From contig NC_092672.1 in NCBI RefSeq assembly GCF_964355755.1, positions 19,667,237-19,731,236 of the forward strand: a stretch of DNA of 64,000 bases, written 5' to 3'. Below, piece by piece: positions 1-13,184 of this stretch (position 1 is the stretch's first letter; each line of letters starts with the position of its first letter). The notes below the pieces were generated by a model, which ran no database searches, was not told the origin of the DNA, and saw only the letters and a list, made by a program, of their open reading frames with translations. A program made the position numbers and the translations under genes. Origin of the DNA: Antedon mediterranea (lineage: Eukaryota; Animalia; Echinodermata).

Positions 1-857
1 CAACAAAGTGTCCCCTTAATAGAGGTTAGCTATGGTGTTAATCTGCATCTCATTCATTTCACCAGTAAGTTTTAATAAGGTTTAAGGGAAGGCCCAACAA
101 AGTGTCCCCTTAATAGAGGTTAGCCATGGTCTTAATCTGTCTCTCTTTCATTTCACAAGTAAGTTTTAATAAGGTTTAAGGGAAGGCCCAACAAAGTGTC
201 CCCTTAATAGAGGTTAGCCATGGTCTTAATCTGTCTCTCATTCATTTCACCAGTAAGTTTTAATAAGGTTTAAGAGAAGGCCCAACAAAGTGTCCCCTTA
301 ATAGAGGTTAGCTATGGTGTTAATCTGCCTCTCATTCATTTCACCAGTAAGTTTTAATAAGGTTTAAGGGAAGGCCCAACAAAGTGTCCCCTTAATAGAG
401 GTTAGCCATGGTCTTAATCTGTCTCTCTTTCATTTCACAAGTAAGTTTTAATAAGGTTTAAGGGAAGGCCCAACAAAGTGTCCCCTTAATAGAGGTTAGC
501 CATGGTGTTAGTCTGCCTCTCATTCATTTCACAAGTAAGTTTTAATAAGGTTTAAGGGAAGGCCCAACAAAGTGTCCCCTTAATAGAGGTTAGCCATGGT
601 GTTAGTCTGCCTCTCATTCATTTCACAAGTAAGTTTTAATAAGGTTTAAGGGAAGGCCCAACAAAGTGTCCCCTTAATAGAGGTTAGCCATGGTGTTAAT
701 CTGCCTCAAATTCATTTCCCAAGTAAGTTTTAATAAGGTTTAGGGGAAGACCCAACAAAGTGTCCCCTTAATAGAGGTTAGCCGTGGTATTAATCTGCCT
801 CTCATTCATTTCACAAGTAAGCTTCAATGAGGTTTTCCCAAAGGAGAGGTTCTACTG
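1..857. repeat. 94-bp tandem repeat (about 9 copies, runs off the left edge), intronic
   Basis: Unit caacaaagtgtccccttaatagaggttagc...agggaaggcc recurs at 1, 95, 189, 283, 377, 471 etc.; array ends in gagaggttctactg (844-857). Confidence 0.93.
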
Positions 858-923
858 ACCAGAAGAATAACAATTACTTTGTTGCATTAACAAATTACAC
901 TTTTGTGCTTTTATGTTTTTTAG

Positions 924-3900
924 CCATCTCTGAAACAGCTTTGGAGAAATTTAAATGGGGGCAAACTAGATGAAAGACTGTTGCAGCATATTTGGAAGGA
1001 TGAGTCAGATGAGATGATTATCTTCTTTGTGTCTCTCATGCAAACCTTTGGGTTAATGTGTGAAAAAAGGAGTAAAGAGGTATTTACATTTTATTTAACA
1101 TTTTAGTTTAATTATTTGTTCATATATTCTATCTAGGTCTCATGTTCCATTTTTGTTTCTATAGAATGTTGGACGAATGTTCTATGTTCTTTCACGCCTA
1201 AAGCCCCAACGTGATGATACAAAGGCTGCTGAATATGAAGAGAAGCATGCTATTTCTCTCTTTCATGACTTTGATGGCTACCTTCCAGATGATCTCTTCC
1301 AACGTGTTGCAACTAAATTTATTGAGGAATTTCAAATAGACGATGTTGAGCCTGCATTGTCTTATGAGCATGTAGAACTGAATGTTGATGGCCATCATCT
1401 TGTGCTTCTAAATGTTGCTACTATTAACAACCGTCGTTTGTTCCAGGTAAAATAATAATAAATAGTTTTATTCAATTCTACTCAAAAGTCTATTATTTCG
1501 ACCAAAAAACAATGAGGTAAAAAAACAATAATGACAAATAATGGATGACGGCAGAATCCAATGAAGATGAAAATCTTGATAGACAAGTTAATAATATGGA
1601 CTTTTAGATTTGAGTAAAAATGTTTAAAGGATTGATTTGTTTTTTATATTGCAGACAACAATTGTCAGAACGACAATCATGAACACAGAATCAGGAAGCA
1701 GCTCTCCAGAAGATGATGATCCACAACCTAGCATCTGTAAGAAGGTAAGCCAGTATCAAACATTCTACACTTTATTTAGAATTACCTCCAACTTATTGCT
1801 TTTACATCTTTCACAAGCACAATTCTATTTACACAATTAGTCATTAGAAATACTGATATATGCCTCTTAATTTGTTCCTTTTTAATTGTTATTGCATTAC
1901 TGTTACAACTTTATTTATTTTTCAGGTGCTTAGTTTCCTTCAAAAAGAATTACACTTTTTGAGTGAGAGGAATGCACATGGTGTTAAAGTAAAGATGTAC
2001 ATTCCTTGTGTGTGTGCTTCAAAAGGTGAACCTACTCATATGCATGTTGTACGCAAATTTGACAAAGATGTGTTGCCATGTGGAAGCAGAGGAATGGAAG
2101 TGAAACGTTACCGTAATCTGTTTGGAGACAATGTCCTATCAAAGGGTAAATTATTATTTGTGTTTTTATTGTTTAAGATCGCATGAAGCCTAGGTAGGAT
2201 GTTGACGAAAAATGAATAATATATACAATCTTGCAATAATGCAATGTTATTTTTCTCTAGGGTAAAACTACAAAATCACTTTAACGGATTTGTAGAAATT
2301 TAACACAAAAAATGAACATATACTTACCAATATTTGTTCCTTTCCAAAATGTCAGATATACGTGTATATATCAAGTAACTTATAGTATTATGCCCTAAAT
2401 AATGCTGGTTTCAACTGATAGATGTATTTTTGGGCAAATTTCATTTCTCTATTTGTTACTATGCCTTGAGACCCTTGTTGTAAATGTATGTATCATTTGT
2501 GTCTGTACACATTAGAAGCTAGATAGAATTACAAGATTTACAGTACGCATTTTGTATGATTTTCAATTCATAGTGAAAGCCTAAATATTCTGTTATTATT
2601 TAACCTTTTTTTCCAGAGGAGTCCATTGAAGACAAGTATGTGAATAACATTGGTAAATATGACTTTCACAGACACAGACGTATTTCGTATCATAATATAT
2701 TAAATACACTTCTACTAGTAAGCAACTACTACATAGGCATTGGATACAATATCAAAAATCTATTTGCAAATCTTATAGGATTTTTATATTTTTACATCTG
2801 TTATTGAAATAGAATTAATATCACTTTCATAGCATACAGTGTTAGTACCTATAATCCCTTTCATAGCATACAGTGTTAGTACCTATAATCACTTTCATAG
2901 CATACAGTGTTAGTACCTATAATCACTTTCATAGCATACAGTGTTAGTACCTATAATCACTTTCATAGCATACAGTGTTAGTACCTATAATCCCTTTCAT
3001 AGCATACAGTGTTAGTACCTATAATCACTTTCATAGCATACAGTGTTAGTACCTATAATCACTTTCATAGCATACAGTGTTAGTACCTATAATCACTTTC
3101 ATAGCATACACTGTTAGTACCTATAATCACTTTCATAGCATACAGTGTTAGTACCTATAGTTGATGAGGAATATGATACCACTCAATGTAAATGGCATAA
3201 TTGTTTCAAAATATTACTTCTTCTTTGTACAATATAGTATTGTTTACACATTAGTACAGCAATTAGTACATTCTGGAAGACTTGATTGAACCTTATTTTG
3301 TATTATTATTTGTAGCCTTAATATTGCTTATTATGTTTTAAAAACATTGTTTGTTTGAACTTTTGAGACAGATCCATATAAAAATAATAAAAAAAAAATT
3401 TAAAAATGTTTTTTTTTAAATCATAGACTATGTGGATGACCTTACTATTGAAAGTGTGTCTACAGAGATGGATCTTTCCTGTAGACGATTTGGTGTTCGT
3501 TTGGGGCTTACATGGTCTACAGTGAATACTATATTTGATAATGAAAAGCAGACAGATAAAGCTACAGCAAACATGCTGAAACGTTGGAGAAGCAGCATTG
3601 GTAGTGACTTTAATCAGCAACAAGTATTGTGCACCGCACTAAGGCAGCATGATCGTAATGATCTTGCTGATCTGCTGTTTCAGAAATACATTGACGATGA
3701 AATACCCAAGGTTATCAAACCTTCAGGTATATAGCATTATATTGTGATTCCTGCCATTAAATAGTATAAAAGTAGTGAATATTTATAAGTACAATGGCAC
3801 AAATAATTTATGAGGTGAAAATATATAAAATTTTCATCTTTCATCTAAGAAAATATTTTTACTATTTTTACCTTTACTTTTAATGAAAGGAAAGGCCTAA

Positions 3901-5167
3901 ATCATTCAAATGGTTGATCCAACGTGGTCATTCAACTACAACCTAGCCTCTTGTAACTTGTGGTTGCTCACTCACCGTGTAACAAAAACAAACATGCAAA
4001 AACTAAATTTCAGTGCTCTTGTGCACATATATCAACATTGCACTCTCAATGACGTCATTAAAAGAGCAATAGCACATTTTAATAAAATATAACTCACAAT
4101 TCTCCAAATGGATTAAGAATCTTCTTAGGTGTGTTATAAAGGTGTGTTGGTTTATTTAATTTATTCCGATATTGTTTGTATTATTATTTTTATTTAAATT
4201 TGTTAATTGACACAAAATTATGTTTATTTTCTATGGACAAATGATTCCGAAATAAAAGATTGAATGGAATTGTGAGTTGAATTTTAATTGAAACAGAACT
4301 CATTATCTTAACGCTTTTATTATTTCACAGCTCGTTTTGATGATCAAGATCTACTGTTCATCTGTGACAATTTAGGTCAACATTGGAGAAGATTAGCAGT
4401 GCGCCTTGGAATTAAATGGGATGTTATCAGTAATATCACAGGTAAAAACAGACATGATGAAGATGACATAATGGTAGTCCTGGTTAAGTGGAGAGGTAGA
4501 CAAAGAGCAGCACATCAAATACCTACAATGATCAAGGCTTTAAAACAACAAGGACGTGTTGATTTAGCTGATAGCCTGTGTACAAGACATGAATACAAAG
4601 ATGACGTCAGTTCAGAAGTTCCAATGTTTACAGACCAATCAGGACAAGGTGGGTAACGCTTATTATTCTTAATATGTTATTGTAACTATATACCTGATTA
4701 TATTTTTTTAATTTACTTTTTATAAGATTGTTGAGAGATGGACAAACATGATAAAATATTACATTTTGTACAAACAAAATGTAGCCTATAGGCATATTGG
4801 AGGATTTTTTTAATTCAAGTATTAAAATTGTTGTTTTCATTATTAATAATTGTATATAACATACACGATCAAAATTGTTTTAATTAAATGTATTTTTACA
4901 GGATGCTTAACAGACTTGGACTTCCTGATAATTTCTCTGAAAATGACAGAATGGAAGAGTTTTTGCAGGGGTCTTGGTATTGCTGATGTTGAGCTAACAC
5001 AAAATGAGATAAAATATTTAATGCTTACTGTAGAAGCAACTATGGAATCACTGGTACAATGGCGATGTAAGCAAGGAAGAGATGTGAACCAACGAGATGA
5101 AGTAATAAAAGCCTTGAGAGCAGTTAAGAGAATGGATATTGTACAATTACTAGAAACAGTCTATTGA
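924..5167 (+). CDS. 3' part of a Roco-family (COR domain + three death domains) protein gene; 5' exons lie outside the window
   Basis: Eight GT-AG exons join in frame: 924-1079, 1165-1446, 1655-1744, 1926-2145, 2617-2652, 3427-3726, 4331-4648, 4902-5167 (TGA). First exons read GKLDERLLQHIW...LMQTFGLMC / FYVLSRL...YLPDDLFQRV (COR-like). Last three exons each encode a death-fold motif (RRFGVRLGL..ML.RW..ALRQHDRNDLAD; WRRLAVRLGI..LVKW..ALKQQGRVDLAD; WKSFCRGLGI..LVQW..ALRAVKRMDIV). AATAAA at about 5216 and 5254. Confidence 0.85.
2817..3159. repeat. 34-bp intronic minisatellite, about 10 copies
   Basis: Unit ataatcactttcatagcatacagtgttagtacct repeated head to tail. Confidence 0.95.
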
Positions 5168-8100
5168 GAACAGTAGACCATATGAACTGTAGTTGTATGG
5201 TAACTCAGTTCAACAAATAAACAATTTGTATGAACAATAGGAAATACATAGTTAATAAAGGACAATAAAGAAGACCTATTGAAACAATGTTTTTAGATCT
5301 TGAACTATGTCTTAATAGACCAAAGGAATACAAGTACTCTAATATAGGTCACGTACCTGACAAGATTTCAAGTACGTAAATGACAAAATATTTATATATG
5401 TGTGGGTATTTTTGTATCTGCTTCAATCTTAAATAAAAAATAATGCCTTTCAAAAAGGCAGTGCTCCAATTTTGGACGTGGAATAGAACTAATAGACAGT
5501 GTAATACTACTGGTTGCTTGAACATGATCAGTCAACAGCCTAGACTCTTCTCAAGTGTGTGGTTACTCAATCTCTGTAACAAAAATAAATGCGCAAAACC
5601 GAATTGCAGAATTCAATTGTATATACTGATGCCACATACAGTGCCGTACTGTAGTATATTTTTTTAATGTCATATCACCCACAATGTGCATGTGATTTAA
5701 GTTGTGTACTCACAAAACCATACCACATACTGTATTATAACAAAACAATTATCAGCTGCTATCTATACTAGTGTGTGTGACTGATCAACAAGCCTCTGAA
5801 AACCTAAAACAGAATGGTTCCTTTCTCCCCATTCATCACCAAAATAAAAGATATTTTTACTAGCCATACAGATGCCTCCAATCAGTCAATCACATTCAAT
5901 ATTAGAATGTAGCTTGACTCATTTATGCTATATTGTGATGAAACTGCAATAAGTAATTGACTTTCTTTTGTCTTTTTTTTATATATATATACAGTCAGTC
6001 ATGTCAATGATAGAGATACATTGTCCAAGATGAGTCTTAGCAATTTGTGCGGCTATGGTGGCTATGGTTAGTGTTAGCGCTTGTGGTGTACCCAAAGTTT
6101 TACATGGGACATATGTGTAAATAATAACACATTGTATATTAATTAGGGTTAGGGTTAGGGAATATACTTGAATGTTAACATTCATAATTGCGCTACATAA
6201 AAAAATCTTTTTTTTTATTGTATTTTTGTTTGTCTATTTTCTTTTAAATCTCAATGCGAGTCACAAGTATATTCATATAATGTTAAGGTAAATTGGTTTC
6301 AATCTTGCAAACATAAATGATTATTATTACATTATTTCTGAATTTAGTAAATGATTTGGCTTTTGATTTGTATGCACTTAATTTAGGACAGACTAACTTT
6401 TTTCGACATCCTGCACAGAAGCCTTACAAATTTGTAGTAATTTAGACTTACAAATGTTGATTGATGGCCATATCATCTTTTTTTGATAGTTGACAGACTT
6501 GCTAAACAGAACAAAAGGTGCGGAGATAGGATAATTTACTGTATAACAGCAATTATTTTTTACCCCCGGTGTGTCATTTTTCAATAATGGTTGCCCAGGT
6601 ATGGGACCTTTTTTTCTAAGTATCACTATATCTATAAACATTAAATATTTTGTATGAGAACTTATGGCGAAATTACTTTTATTTTGTTTGTGGATATAAT
6701 TTTTTTTTTTAATAATTTATATATAACTTTGACCTATTTACCAAAAGAACATAGTTCATACTTTGATACACCACCTGATTATGCAAATTATGTACTGCAT
6801 TCTCTTGATTGGCATAGATAAAGTCCCTGAAATACTATATTGCTATAATAACTGTTTTCCAAAGCTTGAGAATGTACTTAACGCTTTTATTTATTAAAAC
6901 TCATCAGAAACATTAAATTGTATTTGATGTTTTTGTAAACAAGCCCTATAGGACTAATATTGTCTTGATTGGCATACAATAAAATTACACTATACTGCTG
7001 TCATAGTACTTGGCTAACAAGCCCTATAGGACTAATATTGTCTTGATTGGCATACAATAAAATTACACTATACTGCTGTCATAGTACTTGGCTAACAAGC
7101 CCTATAGGACTAATATTGTCTTCATTGGCATACAATAAAATTACACTATACTGCTGTCATAGTACTTGGCTAACAAGCCCTATAGGACTAATATTGTATT
7201 GATTGACATACAATAAAATTACACTATACTGCTGTCATAGTACTTGGCTAACAAGCCCTATAGGACTAATATTGTCTTGATTGACATACAATAAAATTAC
7301 ACTATACTGCTGTCATAGTACTTGGCTAACAAGCCCTATAGGACTAATATTGTCTTGATTGACATACAATAAAATTACACTATACTGCTGTCATAGTACT
7401 TGGCTAACAAGCCCTATAGGACTAATATTGTCTTGATTGACATACAATAAAATTACACTATACTGCTGTCATAGTACTTGGCTAACAAGCCCTATAGGAC
7501 TAATATTGTCTTGATTGACATACAATAAAATTACACTATACTGCTGTCATAGTACTTGGCTAACAAGCCCTATAGGACTAATATTGTCTTCATTGGCATA
7601 CAATAAAATTACACTATACTGCTGTCATTGGCTAACAAGCACTATAGGACTAATATTGTCTTGATTGGAATACAATAAAATTACACTATACTGCTGTCAT
7701 AGTACTTGGCTAACAAGCCCTATAGGACTAATATTGTCTTGATTGACAAACAATAAAATTACACTATACTGCTGTCATAGTACTTGGCTAACAAGCCCTA
7801 TAGGACTAATATTGTCTTGATTGACATACAATAAAATTACACTATACTGCTGTCATAGTACTTGGCTAACAAGCCCTATAGGACTAATATTGTATTGATT
7901 GACATACAATAAAATTACACTATACTGCTGTCATAGTACTTGGCTAACAAGCCCTATAGGACTAATATTGTCTTGATTGACATACAATAAAATTACACTA
8001 TACTGCTGTCATAGTACTTGGCTAACAAGCCCTATAGGACTAATATTGTCTTGATTGACATACAATAAAATTACACTATACTGCTGTCATAGTACTTGGC

Positions 8101-8940
8101 TAACAAGCCCTATAGGACTAATATTGTATTGATTGGCATACAATAACATTACACTATATTGCTGTCAAAGTACTTGGCTAACAAGCCCTATAGGACTAAT
8201 ATTGTCTTGATTGACATACAATAAAATTACACTATACTGCTGTCATAGTACTTGGCTAACAAGCCATATAGGACTAATATTGTCTTGATTGACATACAAT
8301 AAAATTACACTATACTGCTGTCACAGTACTTGGCTAACAAGCCCTATAGGACTAATATTGTATTGATTGGCATACAATAACATTACACTATATTGCTGTC
8401 AAAGTACTTGGCTAACAAGCCCTATAGGACTAATATTGTATTGATTGACATACAATAAAATTACACTATACTGCTGTCATAGTACTTGGCGAACAAGCCC
8501 TATAGGACTAATATTGTCTTGATTGACATACAATAAAATTACACTATACTGCTGTCATAGTACTTGGCTAACAAGCCCTATAGGACTAATATTGTCTTGA
8601 TTGACATACAATAAAATTACACTATACTGCTGTCACAGTACTTGGCTAACAAGCCCTATAGGACTAATATTGTATTGATTGGCATACAATAACATTACAC
8701 TATATTGCTGTCAAAGTACTTGGCTAACAAGCCCTATAGGACTAATATTGTCTTCATTGACATACAATAAAATTACACTATACTGCTGTCACAGTACTTG
8801 GCTAACAAGCCCTATAGGACTAATATTGTATTGATTGGCATACAATAAAATTACACTATACTGCTGTCATAGTACTTGGCTAACAAGCCCTATAGGACTA
8901 ATATTGTATTGATTGACATACAATAAAATTACACTATACT

Positions 8941-9483
8941 ATTTATTATTTATTTTTTATTTTTTCGGTATATAAAAATATATTACAAAACGACAGTTAA
9001 GGACTGAAATGAAATGTATTACAAAAGGCTAAAAATTAGTTAAAATTGCTATAAAAATAGAAACATCTAATTAAAATTAGATATCGTACCATAAAATTAA
9101 AAACATACATGAATAAAGAACATTAAAACATTCACTTATTACATATCCAAAAAAAAAAAAAAAAAAAAAAAGAGCTAGTGGTGCCTATTAATTATATCCA
9201 CCATGGTGGGAACTGGAGACGACCTAAGTCTGCTGGTTTTACAATGAGGTACTTCTAGAAAGCGGTTGAATCTGACAGACCGAGCTGGCTTATGAAGAGG
9301 GGGAAGTATTTCTCTAAACAGCTCGGATTTTAATAAGCCTTCCCCGAAAGACAACACAAGTTTGTTTCGTCTCTCAACAAGAGTAGGTAAACCAGTAACA
9401 GACAATGCATGATCATAGCACAAATAGTTGTTACCTAGCATGATACGCAATGCTCTCTTTTGAACCTTTTCAATAGATATGGA
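8941..9483 (-). mobile_element. 5'-truncated non-LTR retrotransposon (CR1/L2-group) 3' end: ORF2 C-terminus and 3' UTR
   Basis: Minus frame IEKVQKRALRIMLG..Y..AL...GLPTLVERR..L...F is the typical post-RT region of LINE ORF2; stop at 9175; A-rich tail (aaataataaat) abuts the satellite at 8941. Confidence 0.82.
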
Positions 9484-9592
9484 AAGCCAAACCCGCCAAA
9501 AATACATAAAACATACCATCCACCAATAATTAATTCGTACAAAAATCAAAACATCCAATATTATCTCATGCAGTTCAATGAAAACTTAAACC

Positions 9593-11406
9593 ATTCACCT
9601 AGTATCTACACCATCCAATACAATGTGTGACCATCTACCACTAGCCCAAACGACAATACGCCGAACAAACTACCCATAACACAAACCATCTAAAGAATGT
9701 TGAGCCCAGGCAGCAATAATTGAATTAATCTAACGTTAATACAAGTATATATTAGCCAACTCATTTATCAACATTTCATGTAGTTCATGAACATTTCAAA
9801 CAAAGCATCTTAATTATAGTTCATCGAATTCTAATTCTAATACATTGCCTGTTTTATACACCGTTCGTCTGTTCAACAGTTTAAACAACTGTTTTGCACA
9901 CGATACGCCCGTTCGTGAGTTCAAACCATGATATTTGAAGCATCGACTTTCCAAATGGCGATTTTTCGCACCGAACGTATTTTCTTGAGTTAAAGTGGTT
10001 GCATTTCAATCACTTACTTTCGATTGGCCAGTATTACACACCGTTCGCTTGTTCGTGATTTCAAACCATGATATTTGAAGCATCGACTTTCCAAACGGCG
10101 ATTTTTCGCACCGAACGTATTTTCTTGAGTTAAAGTGGTTGCATTTCAATCACCTACTTTCGATTGGCCAGTATTACACACCGTTCGCTTGTTCGTGATT
10201 TCATGTGATAACATTTCATTCAACAACTTTTCAAACGTTAGTTTTTGGCTCTGCTTACGTATATGTTAGTTGATATACTATTTTTTAATTTTCATACTTT
10301 CCATAGTCAGTTTTGTACATCATTCGCATTTACGCATGTAAAGTGTAGATATTCCTCTCGACAAGTTTTAAACGGTAGTTGTTCGCACATTTATTGTTTT
10401 ATTGTTAAATTGTAACTGTTGGCGCCGATTTAATATTGAGGGGCGGGGGTGAATGTCAACTTTACGACTGTATGACACTTACTTAGGCCTAGGCCAAAAA
10501 TATTCACCTAGTATCTACACCATCCAATACAATGTGTGACCATCTACCACTAGCCCAAACGACAATACGCCGAACAAACTACCCATAACACAAACCATCT
10601 AAAGAATGTTGAGCCCAGGCAGCAATAATTGAATTAATCTAACGTTAATACAAGTATATATTAGCCAACTCATTTATCAACATTTCATGTAGTTCATGAA
10701 CATTTCAAACAAAGCATCTTAATTATAGTTCATCGAATTCTAATTCTAATACATTGCCTGTTTTATACACCGTTCGTCTGTTCAACAGTTTAAACAACTG
10801 TTTTGCACACGATACGCCCGTTCGTGAGTTCAAACCATGATATTTGAAGCATCGACTTTCCAAACGGCGATTTTTCGCACCGAACGTATTTTCTTGAGTT
10901 AAAGTGGTTGCATTTCAATCACTTACTTTCGATTGGCCAGTATTACACACCGTTCGCTTGTTCGTGATTTCAAAGCATGATATTTGAAGCATCGACTTTC
11001 CAAACGGCGATTTTTCGCACCGAACGTATTTTCTTGAGTTAAAGTGGTTGCATTTCAATCAACTACTTTCGATTGGCCAGTATTACACACCGTTCGCTTG
11101 TTCGTGATTTCATGTGATAACATTTCATTCAACAACTTTTCAAACGTTAGTTTTTGGCTCTGCTTACGTATATGTTAGTTGATATACTATTTTTTAATTT
11201 TCATACTTTCCATAGTCAGTTTTGTACATCATTCGCATTTACGTATGTAAAGTGTAGATATTCCACTCGACAAGTTTTAAACGGTAGTTGTTCGCACATT
11301 TATTGTTTTATTGTTAAATTGTAACTGTTGGCGCCGATTTAATATTGAGGGGCGGGGGGTGAATGTCAACTTTACGACTGTATGACACTTACTTAGGCCT
11401 AGGCCT
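9593..11406. repeat. 909-bp tandem duplication, each copy with an internal 140-bp duplication
   Basis: attcacctagtatctacacc starts at 9593 and 10502; gttcgtga motif at 9911, 10051, 10191 (period 140), mirrored in the second copy. Confidence 0.92.
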
Positions 11407-11658
11407 ACGTTACACACACAGGGAGATGTAAACTAATTTATAAATTTATTTTACATCTCCCTGGTTACACACATTATCAAAAACTTAAATAATGAGAAAA
11501 AAAACAGAATGAAATAATATAATTTAGCTTGTGGGCCTGTTACAATTTTACGCCCCACAACTAGGCCCAGGGTAACACCCACCTCACCCGCCTAGTGGGA
11601 GATGTAAAATAAATTTATAAATTAGTTTACATCTCCCTGTGTGTGTAACGTAGGCCTA
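11400..11658. repeat. Perfect 62-bp inverted repeat; the left arm contains a 45-bp palindromic micro-element (11419-11463)
   Basis: 11400-11461 is the reverse complement of 11597-11658; cagggagatgtaaa...tttacatctccctg is flanked by direct repeat gttacacaca. Confidence 0.85.
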
Positions 11659-13184
11659 AATTTAACATCCCTCGAATAAGCACCTCCCTCAAATGACCTC
11701 CGCCTCCCCAAAGGGCCCTACCAAACAATAAAAACTATACTTTAAAATGTTATTAATCATCTAAAACACTGTGAAACAAAGTAGTTTAGTTTTACGAATG
11801 TCAAGCATTTTCAATAATGGTAACCGACAGAAAACGTATAAGGAGAACATTATCATTCCGAGAACCATCGTCTACACTTCCTAGAGGGGGAGCGAGCGAA
11901 GCGAGCTCACCCTCTAGTACAATAAAATTACACTATACTGCTGTCATAGTACTTGGCTAACAAGCCCTATAGGACTAATATTGTCTTGATTGGCATACAA
12001 TAAAATTACACTATACTGCTGTCATAGTACTTGGCTAACAAGCCCTATAGGACTAATATTGTCTTGATTGGCATACAATAAAATTACACTATACTGCTGT
12101 CATAGTACTTGGCTAACAAGCCCTATAGGACTAATATTGTCTTGATTGGCATACAATAAAATTACACTATACTGCTGTAATAGTACTTGGCTAACAAACC
12201 CTATAGGACTAATTATTGTCTTGATTGACATACAATAAAATTACACTATACTGCTGTCATAGTACTTGGCTAACAAGCCCTAGGCTAACAAGCCCTATAG
12301 GACTAATATTGTATTGATTGGCATACAATAAAATTACACTATACTGCTGTCATAGTACTTGGCTAACAAGCCCTATAGGACTAATATTGTATTGATTGGC
12401 ATACAATAAAATTACACTATACTGCTGTCATATTACTTGGCTAACAAGCCCTATAGGACTAATATTGTCTTGATTGACATACAATAAAATTACACTATAC
12501 TGCTGTCATAGTACTTGGCTAACAAGCCCTATAGGACTAATATTATTGTCTTGATTGGCATACAATAAAATTACACTATACTGCTGTCATAGTACTTGGC
12601 TAACAAGCCCTATAGGACTAATATTGTCTTGATTGACATACAATAAAATTACACTATACTGCTGTCATAGTACTTGGCTAACAAGCCCTATAGGACTAAT
12701 ATTGTATTGATTGACATACAATAAAATTACACTATACTGCTGTCATAGTACTTGGCTAACAAGCCCTATAGGACTAATATTGTATTGATTGACATACAAT
12801 AAAATTACACTATACTGCTGTCATAGTACTTGGCTAACAAGCCCTATAGGACTAATATTGTCTTGATTGACATACAATAAAATTACACTATACTGCTGTC
12901 ATAGTACTTGGCTAACAAGCCCTATAGGACTAATATTGTATTGATTGGCATACAATAAAATTACACTATACTGCTGTCATATTACTTGGCTAACAAGCCC
13001 TATAGGACTAATATTGTCTTGATTGACATACAATAAAATTACACTATACTGCTGTCATAGTACTTGGCTAACAAGCCCTATAGGACTAATATTGTCTTGA
13101 TTGGCATACAATAAAATTACACTATACTGCTGTCATAGTACTTGGCTAACAAGCCCTATAGGACTAATATTGTCTTGATTGACA

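Larger units (their letters stand above)
9484..11917 (+). mobile_element. Non-autonomous Helitron, copy 1 (5' end missing; different internal sequence from copies 2 and 3)
   Basis: Last ~260 bp (11657-11917) near-identical to the 3' ends of copies 2 and 3, incl. hairpin ctagagggggagcgagcgaagcgagctcaccctctag and CTAG^T end. Left boundary uncertain. Confidence 0.7.

Noticed and set aside
6143-6160. (TTAGGG)3 as telomeric sequence
   Set aside because: Only three units; such tracts are common inside dispersed repeats.
9150-9172. Poly(A) run as a retrocopy tail
   Set aside because: It is poly(T) on the LINE sense strand just after the stop codon; the real tail is at 8941.
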